Positions 19,014 through 32,530 of a DNA stretch of 64,000 nt are shown in pieces; positions within the stretch are counted from its first letter, which is position 1, and the number at the start of each line of letters is the position of its first letter. The stretch is from sequence record SRR31156797_1402. One strand, written 5' to 3'. The notes below the pieces were generated by a model that saw only the letters and a list, made by a program, of their open reading frames with translations, searched no databases and was not told the DNA's origin. A program made the position numbers and the translations under genes.

Positions 19014-21290
19014 ATGAAAATCAATACTGCATCACTTAACTTTAAACTAATAAGTGTTGTATTCCTAAGTTTTATTATTTTGGCAACACTTGTAACTTTT
19101 ATTGCTGTAACCCAGAGTAAGAAGAGTTTAACTAACTCAACCTTTAACCAACTTCTTGCGATAAGAGAAACTCAATCAACAGCTGTTGAAAACTACTTCA
19201 ACTCTCTTTCGAACACGATCAAAGCTATCGCTGCTCAGGAGAGTGTTGTTGCAGCTCTGGAAGAATTTACAGATGCTTTCGGTAATTATGACGAGTATTA
19301 CAAAGAATCTACCTCTACTGTAGAATCTGACCTGTTGAAGCTCTATGACTCAAAATACCTTAGTAAAGTGAATTATCAGATCCCCAGAAGCTCGCAAAGG
19401 AGAGCTACTGAGAAGTATTTACCTGGAACTAACGGCGGTAAATTCCTTCAGCACACATATATCTACAAAAACCGTTACGAGATCGGTGAAAAGCATAAGC
19501 TTATAAAGTCAGATATAACAAGTCCTTACAACACCGCACATGCGATGTACCATAAGTCTTTCACTGAAATACTAACTAACTTTCAGCTTAATGACATTAT
19601 GCTGATAGATACTAAGGGCGATGTTGTCTACACGGTATATAAAGAGAAGGATTTTGCTACAAACGTTACTGATGGCGTTTATTCAGGCTCTAATATAGGA
19701 GCAATGTTTAATAAACTAAAGCCGCTTAAAAAAGGTCAGGTCGTTTTTGAAGACTTTTATCCTTACGAACCTAGCTACAATTCACCTACTGCTTTTATAG
19801 GAACACCTATATCTATTGAGGGTGAAAAACTCGGCTATATAATTTTCCAGATCCCTGTAGAGGGTGTCAATGCCATAGCAAGCAACAACGGCAAATTTGA
19901 AGAGCTAGGATTCGGTAAAACTGGTCAAACTGTGCTTATCGGAAAAGATAAATTCCTCAGAAATGACCACCGCTTTATCAAAAAGATAAGCGAAAAAAAT
20001 CAGATCGTTGCAGCTGCTAAAACCACTGTTGGTATACTTAAAGTTGACTCTAAACCTTCCGCAAGAGCTATAGGTGGTGAATCCTCATATGGAACTTTCA
20101 CAGGAAACTTCGGCAACAAAGCCTTTACAGCTTTCAGCCCGATCACCTTTCTGGACACAACATGGGGCATAGTGGTCAAAAAGAGCTACGACGAAGCCAT
20201 AGCCGGAGCGAACCACCTGCGTAATATGATCATCGGCGTATCGGTAATAGTTACCCTTTTAGCACTCTCTTTCTCAATATTCTTCATACGAATTATAGTT
20301 GTTAAAAAGGTTAGAACCCTTACAGATATTACAAAAAATATCGCAACAGGAGACGGTGACCTAACTCAGCGCATACCTGTTGTTTCAAATGATGAAATAG
20401 GCGAACTCACTAACTATTTCAATCAGTTCATCGAAAATGTTCACCACATAGTAAGAGATGTTCAGAATTCCGCTGATTCTGTTGCAAGCGGAACCACTGA
20501 GCTGGCGAGCACCACAGAAGAGCTGAATATGACATTCAACGAGCAGTCTGCTAACGTAACGAGTGTTGCAAGCGCCATGGAAGAACTGAACGCTACAACT
20601 ATGGAGATATCCGACAGCTCAACTAATGCTATGGATAAAGCGAGAGAATCCGGTGAGGTTACTGAAAATGGTAAACTCATTATCGAGGAATCAGTTGCCA
20701 AGATGGAAGACATCATGGCTCAGACAAAGCTCCTTGGGGAGACTGTTGGCAATCTTTCAGAGTCATCCGCACAAATAGCTGACATACTTAATGTTATCAA
20801 TGATATCGCTGACCAGACAAACCTCCTTGCCCTTAACGCTGCCATCGAGGCGGCAAGAGCCGGAGAGGCAGGACGGGGATTCGCTGTTGTTGCTGATGAG
20901 GTCAGAAAACTAGCAGAGAGAACACAGAGTGCTACCGGAGAAATCTCAGGTATTATCAATGACTTCAAAAGAGAGACAGAGTCCGCTGCGACCAATATGG
21001 CATCAGCCGAAGTTTCTGTTACTCAAGGGGTTGATAAGATGAGTGAAACCAGAGAGGTTTTCGACACTATTGTAAATTCGGTTACTGAGATCGAAACTGC
21101 TAACACCTCCATCAACGGTGCTATATCAGAGCAGATGACAACTATCAGCGCAGTAACTGCTGAAATACAGGGGCTAGCCTCCAGCATTGAAGAGAGTAAC
21201 GGAGCTATTGGTGAAGTAACTGTTACGCTTACAGATCAGGACAAGCAGACTTCTGACCTTAAGGAACTCGTTGACCGTTTCAAAGTGTGA
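19014..21290 (+). CDS. methyl-accepting chemotaxis protein with a large periplasmic Cache-like sensor
   Basis: MCP signature [42 protein letters not shown]; periplasmic YEPSY motif. Confidence 0.95.
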   Translation: MKINTASLNFKLISVVFLSFIILATLVTFIAVTQSKKSLTNSTFNQLLAIRETQSTAVENYFNSLSNTIKAIAAQESVVAALEEFTDAFGNYDEYYKESTSTVESDLLKLYDSKYLSKVNYQIPRSSQRRATEKYLPGTNGGKFLQHTYIYKNRYEIGEKHKLIKSDITSPYNTAHAMYHKSFTEILTNFQLNDIMLIDTKGDVVYTVYKEKDFATNVTDGVYSGSNIGAMFNKLKPLKKGQVVFEDFYPYEPSYNSPTAFIGTPISIEGEKLGYIIFQIPVEGVNAIASNNGKFEELGFGKTGQTVLIGKDKFLRNDHRFIKKISEKNQIVAAAKTTVGILKVDSKPSARAIGGESSYGTFTGNFGNKAFTAFSPITFLDTTWGIVVKKSYDEAIAGANHLRNMIIGVSVIVTLLALSFSIFFIRIIVVKKVRTLTDITKNIATGDGDLTQRIPVVSNDEIGELTNYFNQFIENVHHIVRDVQNSADSVASGTTELASTTEELNMTFNEQSANVTSVASAMEELNATTMEISDSSTNAMDKARESGEVTENGKLIIEESVAKMEDIMAQTKLLGETVGNLSESSAQIADILNVINDIADQTNLLALNAAIEAARAGEAGRGFAVVADEVRKLAERTQSATGEISGIINDFKRETESAATNMASAEVSVTQGVDKMSETREVFDTIVNSVTEIETANTSINGAISEQMTTISAVTAEIQGLASSIEESNGAIGEVTVTLTDQDKQTSDLKELVDRFKV

Positions 21291-21339
21291 GAGCCGCACA
21301 GGCAGAGCACAACACATTAAACACCTAATTTAACATTAT

Positions 21340-21370
21340 GGCTCTCAGAAATGGGAGCCTTCTTTTATTT
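21340..21370 (+). terminator. rho-independent terminator
   Basis: GGCTCTCA-GAAA-TGGGAGCC then TTCTTTTATTT. Confidence 0.7.
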
Positions 21371-22171
21371 AATTAGAACGTATTTTTTGAATATCCCTTC
21401 AATATCAGAAAGTTCAAAGTGGCAGTTGAAATCATTTTTAAGTATGAAGTGTAAATCTCTAAAGCTATTAATCTTAATTGCTTCTATATTATCTCTATTA
21501 AATTTCCGGTAGCCGCCATTTCTGAGCGATCTTACCTCATCATCAAATATCATAGACAAGACAAGATTATTAACAAAGGCAGCGTCTGGGTGTTTATAAG
21601 AGTAGAAATTACCTAACTCGAAATCGCTGTCATAACAACGGTTTAAATCAAACTTATACATGGTGAAATGGTCTTCATCTTTCAAGTATTGAAAATAAAA
21701 CATTCCATCCGGTCGTTCTTCTAATCTGTACATCCTGCCTATATGGCTTTCGGTGTAGTCACCACCGAACTTTACAGGTACATTCGCACTCATAAAGCCG
21801 AAACCTACATCAACCAAATATCTTTCACCCTCGTAATTAAGAATTGTCATTCTGTGCGTCTTAGAAGGTGTGATATCCTGATTATTAACTACCCTTGCTA
21901 GGTGAGGTGCCACATCGAAGCCTAAATACTTAAGCACTTCATAGAAAAGCTTATTATGCTCGAAGCAGTAGCCACCGTTCTTATCTGTGACAATTTTTTT
22001 ATAAATATCTTCGATCTGCAAACTAACATCCCTTCCGAGAAGCACCGAGACACTAGAGAACGGAAATGTACTCAAATGAGCTCTCATAAGATGTTTCACA
22101 CCCTCAAGCCCCTCAGTAGATTCTGCCTTTAACTCAGCTAAATATTCTGTAACTATTTCTCTCGCTGGCAT
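21365..22171 (-). CDS. arylamine N-acetyltransferase family protein
   Basis: Cys-His-Asp triad: GGYCFEHN, THR, LVDVGFG. Confidence 0.9.
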   Translation of the reverse strand: MPAREIVTEYLAELKAESTEGLEGVKHLMRAHLSTFPFSSVSVLLGRDVSLQIEDIYKKIVTDKNGGYCFEHNKLFYEVLKYLGFDVAPHLARVVNNQDITPSKTHRMTILNYEGERYLVDVGFGFMSANVPVKFGGDYTESHIGRMYRLEERPDGMFYFQYLKDEDHFTMYKFDLNRCYDSDFELGNFYSYKHPDAAFVNNLVLSMIFDDEVRSLRNGGYRKFNRDNIEAIKINSFRDLHFILKNDFNCHFELSDIEGIFKKYVLIK

Positions 22172-22174
22172 AAT

Positions 22175-22783
22175 TTATCTCTTTAAAATCATATATGTGC
22201 CTGTCAGTGCGAGGGCTGTTCCGGCGCCTTTATTGAGCAGACCACCAGAGCGCCTTGATAGAAATCCGCCGGTTTTATAAGCGATTATGGTGTATGTTCC
22301 CATCACAGAGGTGATCACAAATGATACAAGCCCGCAGACAATAATTAAATCAGACGTAGTCAGAGCCTGAAGATCCATAAAGTTAGGGAGAAAACCGCAG
22401 TAGAATATGATCACCTTCGGGTTCGACAGTGTGATAAATAGCCCCGCCAGAAAGCTGCTATGCTTTTTCGAAGGCGCTTTAGCAGACATGTCAGCCGCAG
22501 TGGAACGCCACATTTTATAAGCCAGATAAAGGAGATAGAAACCACCAGCTATGCGTACAACCTGGAATATTGAGTTAAAATTAGTCGCAAGAGCGGTAAG
22601 CCCAAAAACGGCAAATGAGAGATAAACTATATCGCCGATTATCATACCGAGGATAAACAGGGCTGAGTTGTTAAGATTTCGCCTCATGGCTGTCGCAACG
22701 CAACCCATTACACCCGGCCCCGGGCTTGAAACAAACAGACTCATAGCAAGCACAAACGCTAATGAAGATTCAAAGCTCATCAC
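22175..22783 (-). CDS. LysE/RhtB family translocator
   Basis: SPGPG, G..YLLYLA, LSNPK; hydrophobic. Confidence 0.9.
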   Translation of the reverse strand: MMSFESSLAFVLAMSLFVSSPGPGVMGCVATAMRRNLNNSALFILGMIIGDIVYLSFAVFGLTALATNFNSIFQVVRIAGGFYLLYLAYKMWRSTAADMSAKAPSKKHSSFLAGLFITLSNPKVIIFYCGFLPNFMDLQALTTSDLIIVCGLVSFVITSVMGTYTIIAYKTGGFLSRRSGGLLNKGAGTALALTGTYMILKR

Positions 22784-22874
22784 GCACCTCAGATTTCATT
22801 TATCAGATAACTAATTAAATAATCTATAACATCATTTAATTAAAATATGTAATCAAATTTTATGAGGTGTTCCA

Positions 22875-24476
22875 ATGAAGCCAAAGTTCCTCGTCCTCGC
22901 GACACTCACAGCGGCTATGCTCGCTATGACCGGTTGCGGTGCAGCTAAGAAAGTTATGCTTCCTGTTCATGAAGCAAAGATGAAAAGCGTAAAGCTTGAT
23001 GTTATCTCAACATATAAAACAGGCGTTTTCGATGAATCCGCAGCGGAAATCACTTCCTACGACAAGAAGTCAAAAACACTTTTCTTCGTAAATGCTCACG
23101 CTGGTAAAATAGAAATGCTCGACATCTCTGACCCTAAAAGCCCAAAGCTTAAAGGTTCTGTAGACGTGGCATCCAGCACTGGCGGTTCCGCTAACAGTAT
23201 CGATATCAAAGATGGTCTCGTTGCTGTCGCTGTTGAAGCTAAGATCAAACAGAACAACGGCTTTGTTGTTTTTATGAATAATAAAGGTGAAATCCTAAAC
23301 AAAGTCACCGTTGGCGCACTCCCAGACATGGTTAAGTTCGCACCTAACGGTAAATTTGTTATGACAGCCAATGAGGGCGAGCCTAATAAAAATTACTCAA
23401 ACGACCCTAAAGGTTCTGTTAGTATCATCCCTGTTGATGATGTTAAAAGCCTCAAAGATGCTGATGTTAAAACACTCACATTTGATAAAGCGCAGTTCGC
23501 TAACCACCCGAGAATCTCCGGTCCTAACGCTTCACCAGCGCAGGACGTAGAACCTGAATACATAGCTTTCTCTGATGATTCAAGATTCGCATTTGTCTCT
23601 CTTCAGGAGAACAACGCAATCGCAAGAATTAACCTCACAAACGATAAAATTGTTGTTAAAGGGCTCGGATACAAAGACCACTCCAAAATTGGTAACGGGC
23701 TTGACGCTGTTGCTGACGGCAAAACTATGATCAAAACTTATCCGCTCAGAGGACTCTACATGCCTGACGCTATAGCTTCTGCTACTATCGGCGGCAAGAC
23801 ATATATCCTCTCTGCTAACGAAGGGGACGGACGTGAGTACGGTGACTACGAAGATGAAACAAAAGTTGGTAAAGTGAAGCTCGATTACAGAGATTTCAAA
23901 TACACCAAACAACTCCAGAAGGAACTTAAAAAAACTAAAATCCTCAAAGATATGGGCGACTTCGATAACGACGGTAAGTATGACGCACTCTACTCTATGG
24001 GCGCACGTTCATTCACTATCTGGGATGCTGGCATAAACAAAGTTTATGATTCTGGCGATTTCTTCGAAAGAATCGGAAGAGCTCAGAACAAGAAATACTT
24101 TAACACATCAAACAGTAAACTTAAGTTTGATGACAGATCACCAAAAAAAGGTCCTGAGCCTGAAGGCGTTGAAACAGCCCTTATAGACGGTGCATGGTTC
24201 GCTTTCATCGGACTTGAGAGAGTCGGCGGTATCGTTACTTTCAACATAAGCGACGTTAAAAAGCCAAGATTTGTAAACTACATAAACAACAGAAACTTTG
24301 ATGCTAAGGTTAACAAAAAAGGGAAATACCTTAACCCTTCTGAAGCTGGCGACCTCGGTCCTGAAGGCATCCACTTTATCGATGCTTCTGTAAGTCCTAA
24401 CGGTCAGAATATCCTAGCAGTTGCTAACGAAGTTAGTGGTACAATCACACTCTATAGTGTACAAGCAAGTAACTAA
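22875..24476 (+). CDS. lipoprotein, choice-of-anchor I / alkaline-phosphatase-associated beta-propeller family
   Basis: Lipobox MTGC; VGALPDM, ANEGEP, EPEY, LQENNA, YMPD, ANEGD, GPEPEG, LER, GPEG, ANEVSGT. Confidence 0.8.
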   Translation: MKPKFLVLATLTAAMLAMTGCGAAKKVMLPVHEAKMKSVKLDVISTYKTGVFDESAAEITSYDKKSKTLFFVNAHAGKIEMLDISDPKSPKLKGSVDVASSTGGSANSIDIKDGLVAVAVEAKIKQNNGFVVFMNNKGEILNKVTVGALPDMVKFAPNGKFVMTANEGEPNKNYSNDPKGSVSIIPVDDVKSLKDADVKTLTFDKAQFANHPRISGPNASPAQDVEPEYIAFSDDSRFAFVSLQENNAIARINLTNDKIVVKGLGYKDHSKIGNGLDAVADGKTMIKTYPLRGLYMPDAIASATIGGKTYILSANEGDGREYGDYEDETKVGKVKLDYRDFKYTKQLQKELKKTKILKDMGDFDNDGKYDALYSMGARSFTIWDAGINKVYDSGDFFERIGRAQNKKYFNTSNSKLKFDDRSPKKGPEPEGVETALIDGAWFAFIGLERVGGIVTFNISDVKKPRFVNYINNRNFDAKVNKKGKYLNPSEAGDLGPEGIHFIDASVSPNGQNILAVANEVSGTITLYSVQASN

Positions 24477-24511
24477 AACTGAATTGCACATTAAAGTGCT
24501 AAACTGATATG

Positions 24512-24550
24512 AGCTTCCCGTGGGTTAACCGATCTACGGGAAGTTTATTT
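24512..24550 (+). terminator. stem-loop between convergent genes
   Basis: AGCTTCCCGTGGGTT-4-GATCTACGGGAAGTT then TATTT. Confidence 0.6.
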
Positions 24551-24931
24551 TACGGCTGTGGATTTATAGGTTTTGATGGTGAATTTCCCACAATACTCAG
24601 TTAAGTCCATGCGGGTCACAGTCTTGTACCTGATCATATTATTACCATCAATATTGCGGAAAGCGGCAGTCCAGACTAGCTCAGCCTGAAGGGTTATGAT
24701 ATCGCCATGCTCTTCATAGATAACAGATTTCACCTGATGCACAGAGTCAGTAAAACCAGCTTTAAAACTGTCGAACCAGCTCTCAATCTCAAAACAGTTA
24801 CGAAACATCTCACCGTAGTGACACATAACAGATTCTGTCGCAAAATATTTAGCAACAAACTGCTTAGTCTCCTCTCTGCTGTCTATATCAGCGTAAAAAT
24901 CGTTTATGAAATTATCTATCTTGCTTTGCAT
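24545..24931 (-). CDS. hypothetical protein, possible NTF2/SnoaL-like fold
   Basis: 128 aa; FINDFYADID N-terminal helix and beta-rich C-terminus. Confidence 0.55.
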   Translation of the reverse strand: MQSKIDNFINDFYADIDSREETKQFVAKYFATESVMCHYGEMFRNCFEIESWFDSFKAGFTDSVHQVKSVIYEEHGDIITLQAELVWTAAFRNIDGNNMIRYKTVTRMDLTEYCGKFTIKTYKSTAVK

Positions 24932-24953
24932 GAGTAATTATATCCTATTACGC

Positions 24954-24984
24954 AAAAAAGGGCGCACCAGATGGCACGCCCCTT
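24954..24984 (-). terminator. rho-independent terminator of the atp operon
   Basis: Minus strand GGGCGTGCCATCTGGTGCGCCC hairpin then TTTTTT. Confidence 0.75.
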
Positions 24985-25029
24985 ATTATTTATAACAGAT
25001 GGAGTGATTACACCCCAACAAGCCGAGGC

Positions 25030-25449
25030 TTATCTTCTGTATTTTTCAGCGATTTGTACTCTAGTAAGCTCTTTCATGAGCTGAACCTGAGCACTGTTAA
25101 ATGACTTTTCATCAGCCTTACGCTGGGACTCGACATCCTGCTCTGCCATAAGCTTACGCTCAATAGCATCGTCAAGGTTGATCTCGTGTCCGAGCTCAGC
25201 ATCATCAGCAAGAACTATCACCTTGTTGTTATTAACTTCAAGGAAACCACCGCCGACGATAGCAACATAGTCTATCTGCTTGCCAACTCTGTAAGCAAGC
25301 TCACCGACCCTGAGTGCTGTGAGAAGTGGTGCGTGTTCCGGAAGAACACCGAGGTCACCCTCAACACCGGGTGCGATCACTTCTTCTACATCTTCAGAAA
25401 GAATCATTCTTTCCGGTGTAACAAGTTCAAGCTTTATAGTATCAGCCAT
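25030..25449 (-). CDS. atpC: ATP synthase F1 epsilon subunit
   Basis: LELVTPER, GDLGVLPEHAPL, GGFLEV. Confidence 0.96.
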   Translation of the reverse strand: MADTIKLELVTPERMILSEDVEEVIAPGVEGDLGVLPEHAPLLTALRVGELAYRVGKQIDYVAIVGGGFLEVNNNKVIVLADDAELGHEINLDDAIERKLMAEQDVESQRKADEKSFNSAQVQLMKELTRVQIAEKYRR

Positions 25450-25451
25450 TA

Positions 25452-27757
<2,306 letters not shown>

Positions 27758-27767
27758 TTAAAGCTCC

Positions 27768-29276
27768 TTACGCTGTAAACATCTTTTTGAATTCTTCTAC
27801 TGCCGCCTTAAGACTGCCGAGGAGCTCATCAGAGAGCTTACCTTTTTCGACAATTTCGGAAAGAATTTCAGGTTTGTTGCTCTTAAGGAATGCGAGATAT
27901 TCTGTCTCGAATTTTGCAAGAGCGGATGTTTCAACATCGTCAAGAAGTCCGTTAACACCTGCGTGGATAATAGCTACCTGCTCCTCAACTTCAGCTGGGC
28001 TGTACTGTCCCTGCTTGAGGATTTCAACAAGCTTCTCACCTCTTCTGAGCTGAGCCTGTGTAGCTGCGTCAAGGTCAGAACCGAACTGTGCAAAAGCTGC
28101 AACTTCACGGAACTGAGCAAGCTCTAGTTTAAGACGACCGGCAACCTGCTTCATAGCTTTAATCTGAGCAGAACCACCAACTCGGGAAACCGAAATACCA
28201 ACGTTTACCGCTGGACGGATACCTGAGAGGAAGAGGTCTGACTCAAGGAAGATCTGACCGTCTGTAATAGAAATAACGTTTGTCGGAATATATGCGGAAA
28301 CGTCACTAGCCTGTGTCTCAATAATAGGAAGTGCTGTAAGTGAACCAGCTCCTTCTGCATCGGAAAGCTTCGCAGCTCTCTCAAGAAGTCTTGAGTGAAG
28401 GTAGAAAACGTCACCAGGGTAAGCTTCACGTCCAGGAGGTCTTCTAAGAAGAAGTGACATCTGGCGATAAGCAGTAGCCTGCTTTGAAAGGTCATCATAG
28501 ATAAGAAGCGCGTGCTGGCCTCTATCTCTGAAGTACTCACCCATTGTTGTACCAGCAAGTGGAGCGATGTACTGCATCGGTGCAGGGTCAGAAGCGGAAG
28601 CGGAAACGATGATTGTGTAATCCATAGCTCCGTGCTTCTCAAGTGTGTCTACGATACGTGCTACAGTTGATCTTTTCTGACCGATAGCAACGTAAACACA
28701 AACCATATCTTTACCTTTCTGGTTAATGATTGTGTCGATAGCAACCGCTGTTTTACCAGTCTGACGGTCACCAATAATAAGCTCTCTCTGCCCTCTACCG
28801 ATTGGGATCATAGAGTCGATAGCTTTGATACCTGTCTGAACAGGCTCGTGAACTGGCTTTCTCTTAACGATACCAGGTGCGATTTTCTCAATTACGTCGA
28901 ACTCTGTTGTTTCGATAGCACCTTTACCGTCGATAGGCTGACCAAGAGCGTTAACAACACGCCCTACCATAGCCTGACCAACAGGAACAGAAGCAATTTT
29001 GCCTGTTCTCTTTACTGTATCGCCTTCACGAATATGAGCGTACTCACCCATAATAACGATACCTACATTGTCTTCTTCAAGGTTGAAAACAATACCACTA
29101 ACTCCACCGGGAAGCTCAAGAAGCTCTCCCGCCATAGCATTATCAAGACCATAAACTTTAGCAATACCGTCACCAGCGGTGATGATAGTACCTACTTCTT
29201 CCATTTCTACTTTCTGGTCGAAGTTTTTAATCTGATCGCGTATGATCTGGCTTATCTCTTCAGCTTTGATCTGCAT
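27768..29276 (-). CDS. atpA: ATP synthase F1 alpha subunit
   Basis: [30 protein letters not shown]. Confidence 0.98.
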   Translation of the reverse strand: MQIKAEEISQIIRDQIKNFDQKVEMEEVGTIITAGDGIAKVYGLDNAMAGELLELPGGVSGIVFNLEEDNVGIVIMGEYAHIREGDTVKRTGKIASVPVGQAMVGRVVNALGQPIDGKGAIETTEFDVIEKIAPGIVKRKPVHEPVQTGIKAIDSMIPIGRGQRELIIGDRQTGKTAVAIDTIINQKGKDMVCVYVAIGQKRSTVARIVDTLEKHGAMDYTIIVSASASDPAPMQYIAPLAGTTMGEYFRDRGQHALLIYDDLSKQATAYRQMSLLLRRPPGREAYPGDVFYLHSRLLERAAKLSDAEGAGSLTALPIIETQASDVSAYIPTNVISITDGQIFLESDLFLSGIRPAVNVGISVSRVGGSAQIKAMKQVAGRLKLELAQFREVAAFAQFGSDLDAATQAQLRRGEKLVEILKQGQYSPAEVEEQVAIIHAGVNGLLDDVETSALAKFETEYLAFLKSNKPEILSEIVEKGKLSDELLGSLKAAVEEFKKMFTA

Positions 29277-29304
29277 ACAGCCAATCTCCTTAACTTTTGT
29301 ATTC

Positions 29305-29841
29305 TTAAACCAATTGTTCTTTTATTTTATTCAGCTGCCCTTTAACGCTTGCGTCATAAAGGCTGCTCTCCACCTGAGCCACAACACCACCGAGGATGGA
29401 GGCATCAACTGTTTCTTTGATGGTAATCTTCTTACCTGTAAGCTTATTAAGGACATCATTAAGAGCTTTTTTGGATGTGTCATCCATAGCCGCTGCTACT
29501 GTTACCGTAGCTCCGGCTTCGCCCTTATCCTTCATATCCATAGCTATAACCTGATCAGCAATAAGTTTGATAAGGCTGAGTCTGTTCTTGCTAACGAGAA
29601 GAGTCATAAACTTGTAGAGAAATTCATCTACAACGCCTTTGCTCTTAAGTTGGTCAACAACAAGCTGCTTCTCATCTCTGCCTATAAGCGGGTTCTTAAC
29701 GAGAACCTTAAAATCATCGGATACTTCATAAAGAGCACCGAGTGCTGAGAGCTGGTCGATTACTGATTGAGTTATCTTATCTGATTTAGCCTCAGAAAAG
29801 AGTGCCTGAGCATAGCGGCCGGCTATAATATTTTCTTTCAT
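29305..29841 (-). CDS. atpH: ATP synthase delta subunit
   Basis: [27 protein letters not shown]; position in operon. Confidence 0.95.
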   Translation of the reverse strand: MKENIIAGRYAQALFSEAKSDKITQSVIDQLSALGALYEVSDDFKVLVKNPLIGRDEKQLVVDQLKSKGVVDEFLYKFMTLLVSKNRLSLIKLIADQVIAMDMKDKGEAGATVTVAAAMDDTSKKALNDVLNKLTGKKITIKETVDASILGGVVAQVESSLYDASVKGQLNKIKEQLV

Positions 29842-30407
29842 CCTGCCACCTCAATCTTGCTGATATACTGCTCAAGTATCTTTTTCTGAGTCTCGCTGTC
29901 GAGCTTGCTACCGAGCTTAGCTTCTGCAGCTTCGATCGCAGCGAATACAGCTTCTTTCTTAAGCTGCACTGTAGCTTTCTTAGTTTCAGACTCAATGACG
30001 TTCTCCGCGAATGCTTGAAGCTTCTGAATCTGCTTTTCAGCGTCTTCGAGAATTTGCTGCTTCTCAATTTCTGCGGCTTTCATTGATTTCTCTTTCATTG
30101 TTTCGAGGTCTTTCTCAAAACCTTTCATCTTAATTTCATAGTTAGTGAGTTCTGCTTTTGCATTCTCAGAAGCGTCATTAGCATCTTTGATCGCTTGTTC
30201 GATATCAGCAGTTCTCTTATCCAGGAAACTAAGGAGAGGTTTTTTAGCGAGTTTGACAATTATGACCACAAGCAGAACAAAAACGATCCCTCTGTAACCG
30301 AAGTTTTTCCAGAGCGCCGTCATGTCTACGCCTTGTCCACCTTCACTTGAAGCGAATGCCGTAACAGACATCATCGCCATTGTGAGTGTTACTAAAACCT
30401 TTTTCAC
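29838..30407 (-). CDS. atpF: ATP synthase F0 subunit b
   Basis: TM helix then KPLLSFLDKR and coiled coil; position in operon. Confidence 0.9.
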   Translation of the reverse strand: MKKVLVTLTMAMMSVTAFASSEGGQGVDMTALWKNFGYRGIVFVLLVVIIVKLAKKPLLSFLDKRTADIEQAIKDANDASENAKAELTNYEIKMKGFEKDLETMKEKSMKAAEIEKQQILEDAEKQIQKLQAFAENVIESETKKATVQLKKEAVFAAIEAAEAKLGSKLDSETQKKILEQYISKIEVAG

Positions 30408-30425
30408 TATCTATCCCCCACGTAA

Positions 30426-30848
30426 TTATGCGGAAAGCATTATTTTATCTACTATCATGTCAGAAATGTCAGCAACCATTGCGTTCATCTCTTCTTTAGC
30501 CTTTTCAGACTGGGCATTGATCTCAGATCTTGCATCTGCCACTTTCTTATCGATTTCAGCTTTAACTACCTGAACCTTATCAGTTGCGTCCTTAGTAGCT
30601 TCGTCTTTCAATTTTCTGTGGTGTTCAGCAAGCTCTACTCTCATTTCTGCCATTTTTTCAGCGTAATCAGCTTTGTACTGCTCAACTTTTTCTTTAAGCT
30701 GCTCAGCCTCATCTTTCATACCTTCGATCTTTGAGTCTCTGCCCTCAACAGTCTTGAGAACAGGATCCATGATCATCTTCTTACCTATGTAGATGATTAC
30801 GAGAAACTGTACCATTTGAATGAGTAGCGTGTAGTCTATGTACAGCAT
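30426..30848 (-). CDS. ATP synthase F0 subunit b'
   Basis: TLLIQMVQFL TM, P...TVEGR, coiled coil; RBS GAGGAG before ATG 30848. Confidence 0.88.
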   Translation of the reverse strand: MLYIDYTLLIQMVQFLVIIYIGKKMIMDPVLKTVEGRDSKIEGMKDEAEQLKEKVEQYKADYAEKMAEMRVELAEHHRKLKDEATKDATDKVQVVKAEIDKKVADARSEINAQSEKAKEEMNAMVADISDMIVDKIMLSA

Positions 30849-30916
30849 GCGGAGCTCCTCCATTAAATATGAGAATTTTAAAACGGTATTCTGTATACAG
30901 TGTACAAGTTAGATGG

Positions 30917-30945
30917 TTTTTATCAAAATCAGCCCAATAAGTCAA
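30917..30945 (-). promoter_or_regulatory. putative sigma70 promoter of the atp operon
   Basis: TTGACT-N17-TAAAAA with TG extended -10. Confidence 0.55.
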
Positions 30946-31097
30946 CATCAACTTTACTAAAAACAGTTATTAATTCGGCTCTTACATTATATTAATTATC
31001 ATGTGGAAACAATACATAATTTAAGGCTTGCAACAGCGCAGTTTTTATAAAATAATAAGAGTATATTACATAATCATATTATCCAGGAATTTAACTT

Positions 31098-32285
31098 ATG
31101 GCAAACAAAGCAGATTATATCGCTTCCGAACTTAGCAAGATTATCACCTCTATGCTTAGAAACATGGCAGCAAACAAATTAAAAGTATCCACTACTAATA
31201 TAACAACACAACTCTTAGCTGATAAGAAGTTTACAGAACTTCTTAAGCATGCAATGGCGGGCGGGGAGAAATCTGAGGTGCTTAAATACGTGACACCGCT
31301 TAAGGGCTTTGTCGCTGATGCTCCACTTAAGAGCGTCGAAGATATGGTCTTCGACATGGATAAAGGTTTTGACGAAACTCTCACAACTCTGCTCAACACC
31401 CTTAGCGACCATATTATATCCCTCGAAAAACGTCAGCATAAAGTGAGCAACTTTATCGAAGATGTATTCGCAAAATTCGTAAGTCTCCAGAGCGAGCTCA
31501 CAAACAGCTTCTCCAATAGCATAGACTTTGTTGAGGAAGACCTCGCACTCGACCAGAAACTTCTCGGCGATGCGGAAGATATGCATCAGGTTCTGAAAAG
31601 CGAAGATTCTATAGACTTCCTACGCACCAAGATGCTCGAATCTTTCTCTAACTTCGTAGATACTTTCGGCGAAAAAACTGAGAGCAAAAAGGGACGCCTA
31701 GACACGATCGCCAAAGAGTATGGAACAGTAAACAGCGAGCTTGACGATTATAAGCAGCAGGTAGCAAAACTTCAGAACGACCTTAATAAGTATAAGACTG
31801 AATCTGTGACAGACCACATGACAGGCTTATATAACCGTAAATATATGGACCTCAAACTTGGCGAAGAGATTGACCGCTTTAACAGAACAGGTACGCCATT
31901 CTGCGTTGTACTCATCGATATAGACCATTTCAAATCTGTAAACGACAACTACGGACACCCTATTGGCGATCAGGTTCTCAAGCACCTCGCAAAACTGATG
32001 AAGGACAGCATCCGTAAAACTGACTTCGCTTTCCGCTACGGCGGCGAGGAGTTTATGATGCTTCTATCTAATGTAGACGTCAGGAATGCGACACATGTTT
32101 CCGACCAGATAAGGAAGAAGCTTGAAACCACAAACTTCAGCATGAAGGGGACATCGTTTAATGTGACAGCGAGCTTCGGCATAGCCCTTTTCGACAAGAA
32201 AGACACACAGGATTCTATCGTTAAGCGTGCTGACGAGAACCTCTATAAAGCTAAGCAGACCGGCAGAAATAAAATAGTCTCCTAG
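31098..32285 (+). CDS. diguanylate cyclase (cytoplasmic, coiled coil plus GGDEF)
   Basis: DHMTGLYNR, DIDHFKSVND, RxxD I-site (RKTD), RYGGEEF. Confidence 0.93.
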   Translation: MANKADYIASELSKIITSMLRNMAANKLKVSTTNITTQLLADKKFTELLKHAMAGGEKSEVLKYVTPLKGFVADAPLKSVEDMVFDMDKGFDETLTTLLNTLSDHIISLEKRQHKVSNFIEDVFAKFVSLQSELTNSFSNSIDFVEEDLALDQKLLGDAEDMHQVLKSEDSIDFLRTKMLESFSNFVDTFGEKTESKKGRLDTIAKEYGTVNSELDDYKQQVAKLQNDLNKYKTESVTDHMTGLYNRKYMDLKLGEEIDRFNRTGTPFCVVLIDIDHFKSVNDNYGHPIGDQVLKHLAKLMKDSIRKTDFAFRYGGEEFMMLLSNVDVRNATHVSDQIRKKLETTNFSMKGTSFNVTASFGIALFDKKDTQDSIVKRADENLYKAKQTGRNKIVS

Positions 32286-32287
32286 GT

Positions 32288-32347
32288 AGCACCTATTGGC
32301 GAGACACAATACTGTGCCCGCATGCTAAGTGCCACGTTTTGCGCCTC
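32288..32347 (+). repeat. dispersed intergenic repeat, copy 1 (CACAATACTGTG family)
   Basis: Aligns by eye with 61069-61140: GGC..CACAATACTGTG.CCGCAT.CT...CC.CGTTT..CGCCTC. Confidence 0.65.
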
Positions 32348-32451
32348 ACGTTATTCGTCTTATATTATGGTAAGTGACCATCGGAAACTGACTGGATAGT
32401 TTTGCACACTCAATAAGCCTTATCAATTTTACAATTATTTTACGGGATAAA

Positions 32452-32475
32452 ATTCTTCGCTTTGCTCAGAATGAC
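32452..32475. repeat. half copy of GTCATT...AATGAC REP-like element
   Basis: ATTCTTCGCTTTGCTCAGAATGAC; its end is the reverse complement of GTCATTCTGA at 57967. Confidence 0.55.
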
Positions 32476-32530
32476 ATACACTTTTATCAGTGGAATGAAA
32501 TGAAGCGGGGACGATAGGTTGTGCAGATTT

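Noticed and set aside
22801-22860. Pho box upstream of the phosphatase-like lipoprotein
   Set aside because: The AT-rich repeats lack regular 11-bp spacing and the GTCAT core
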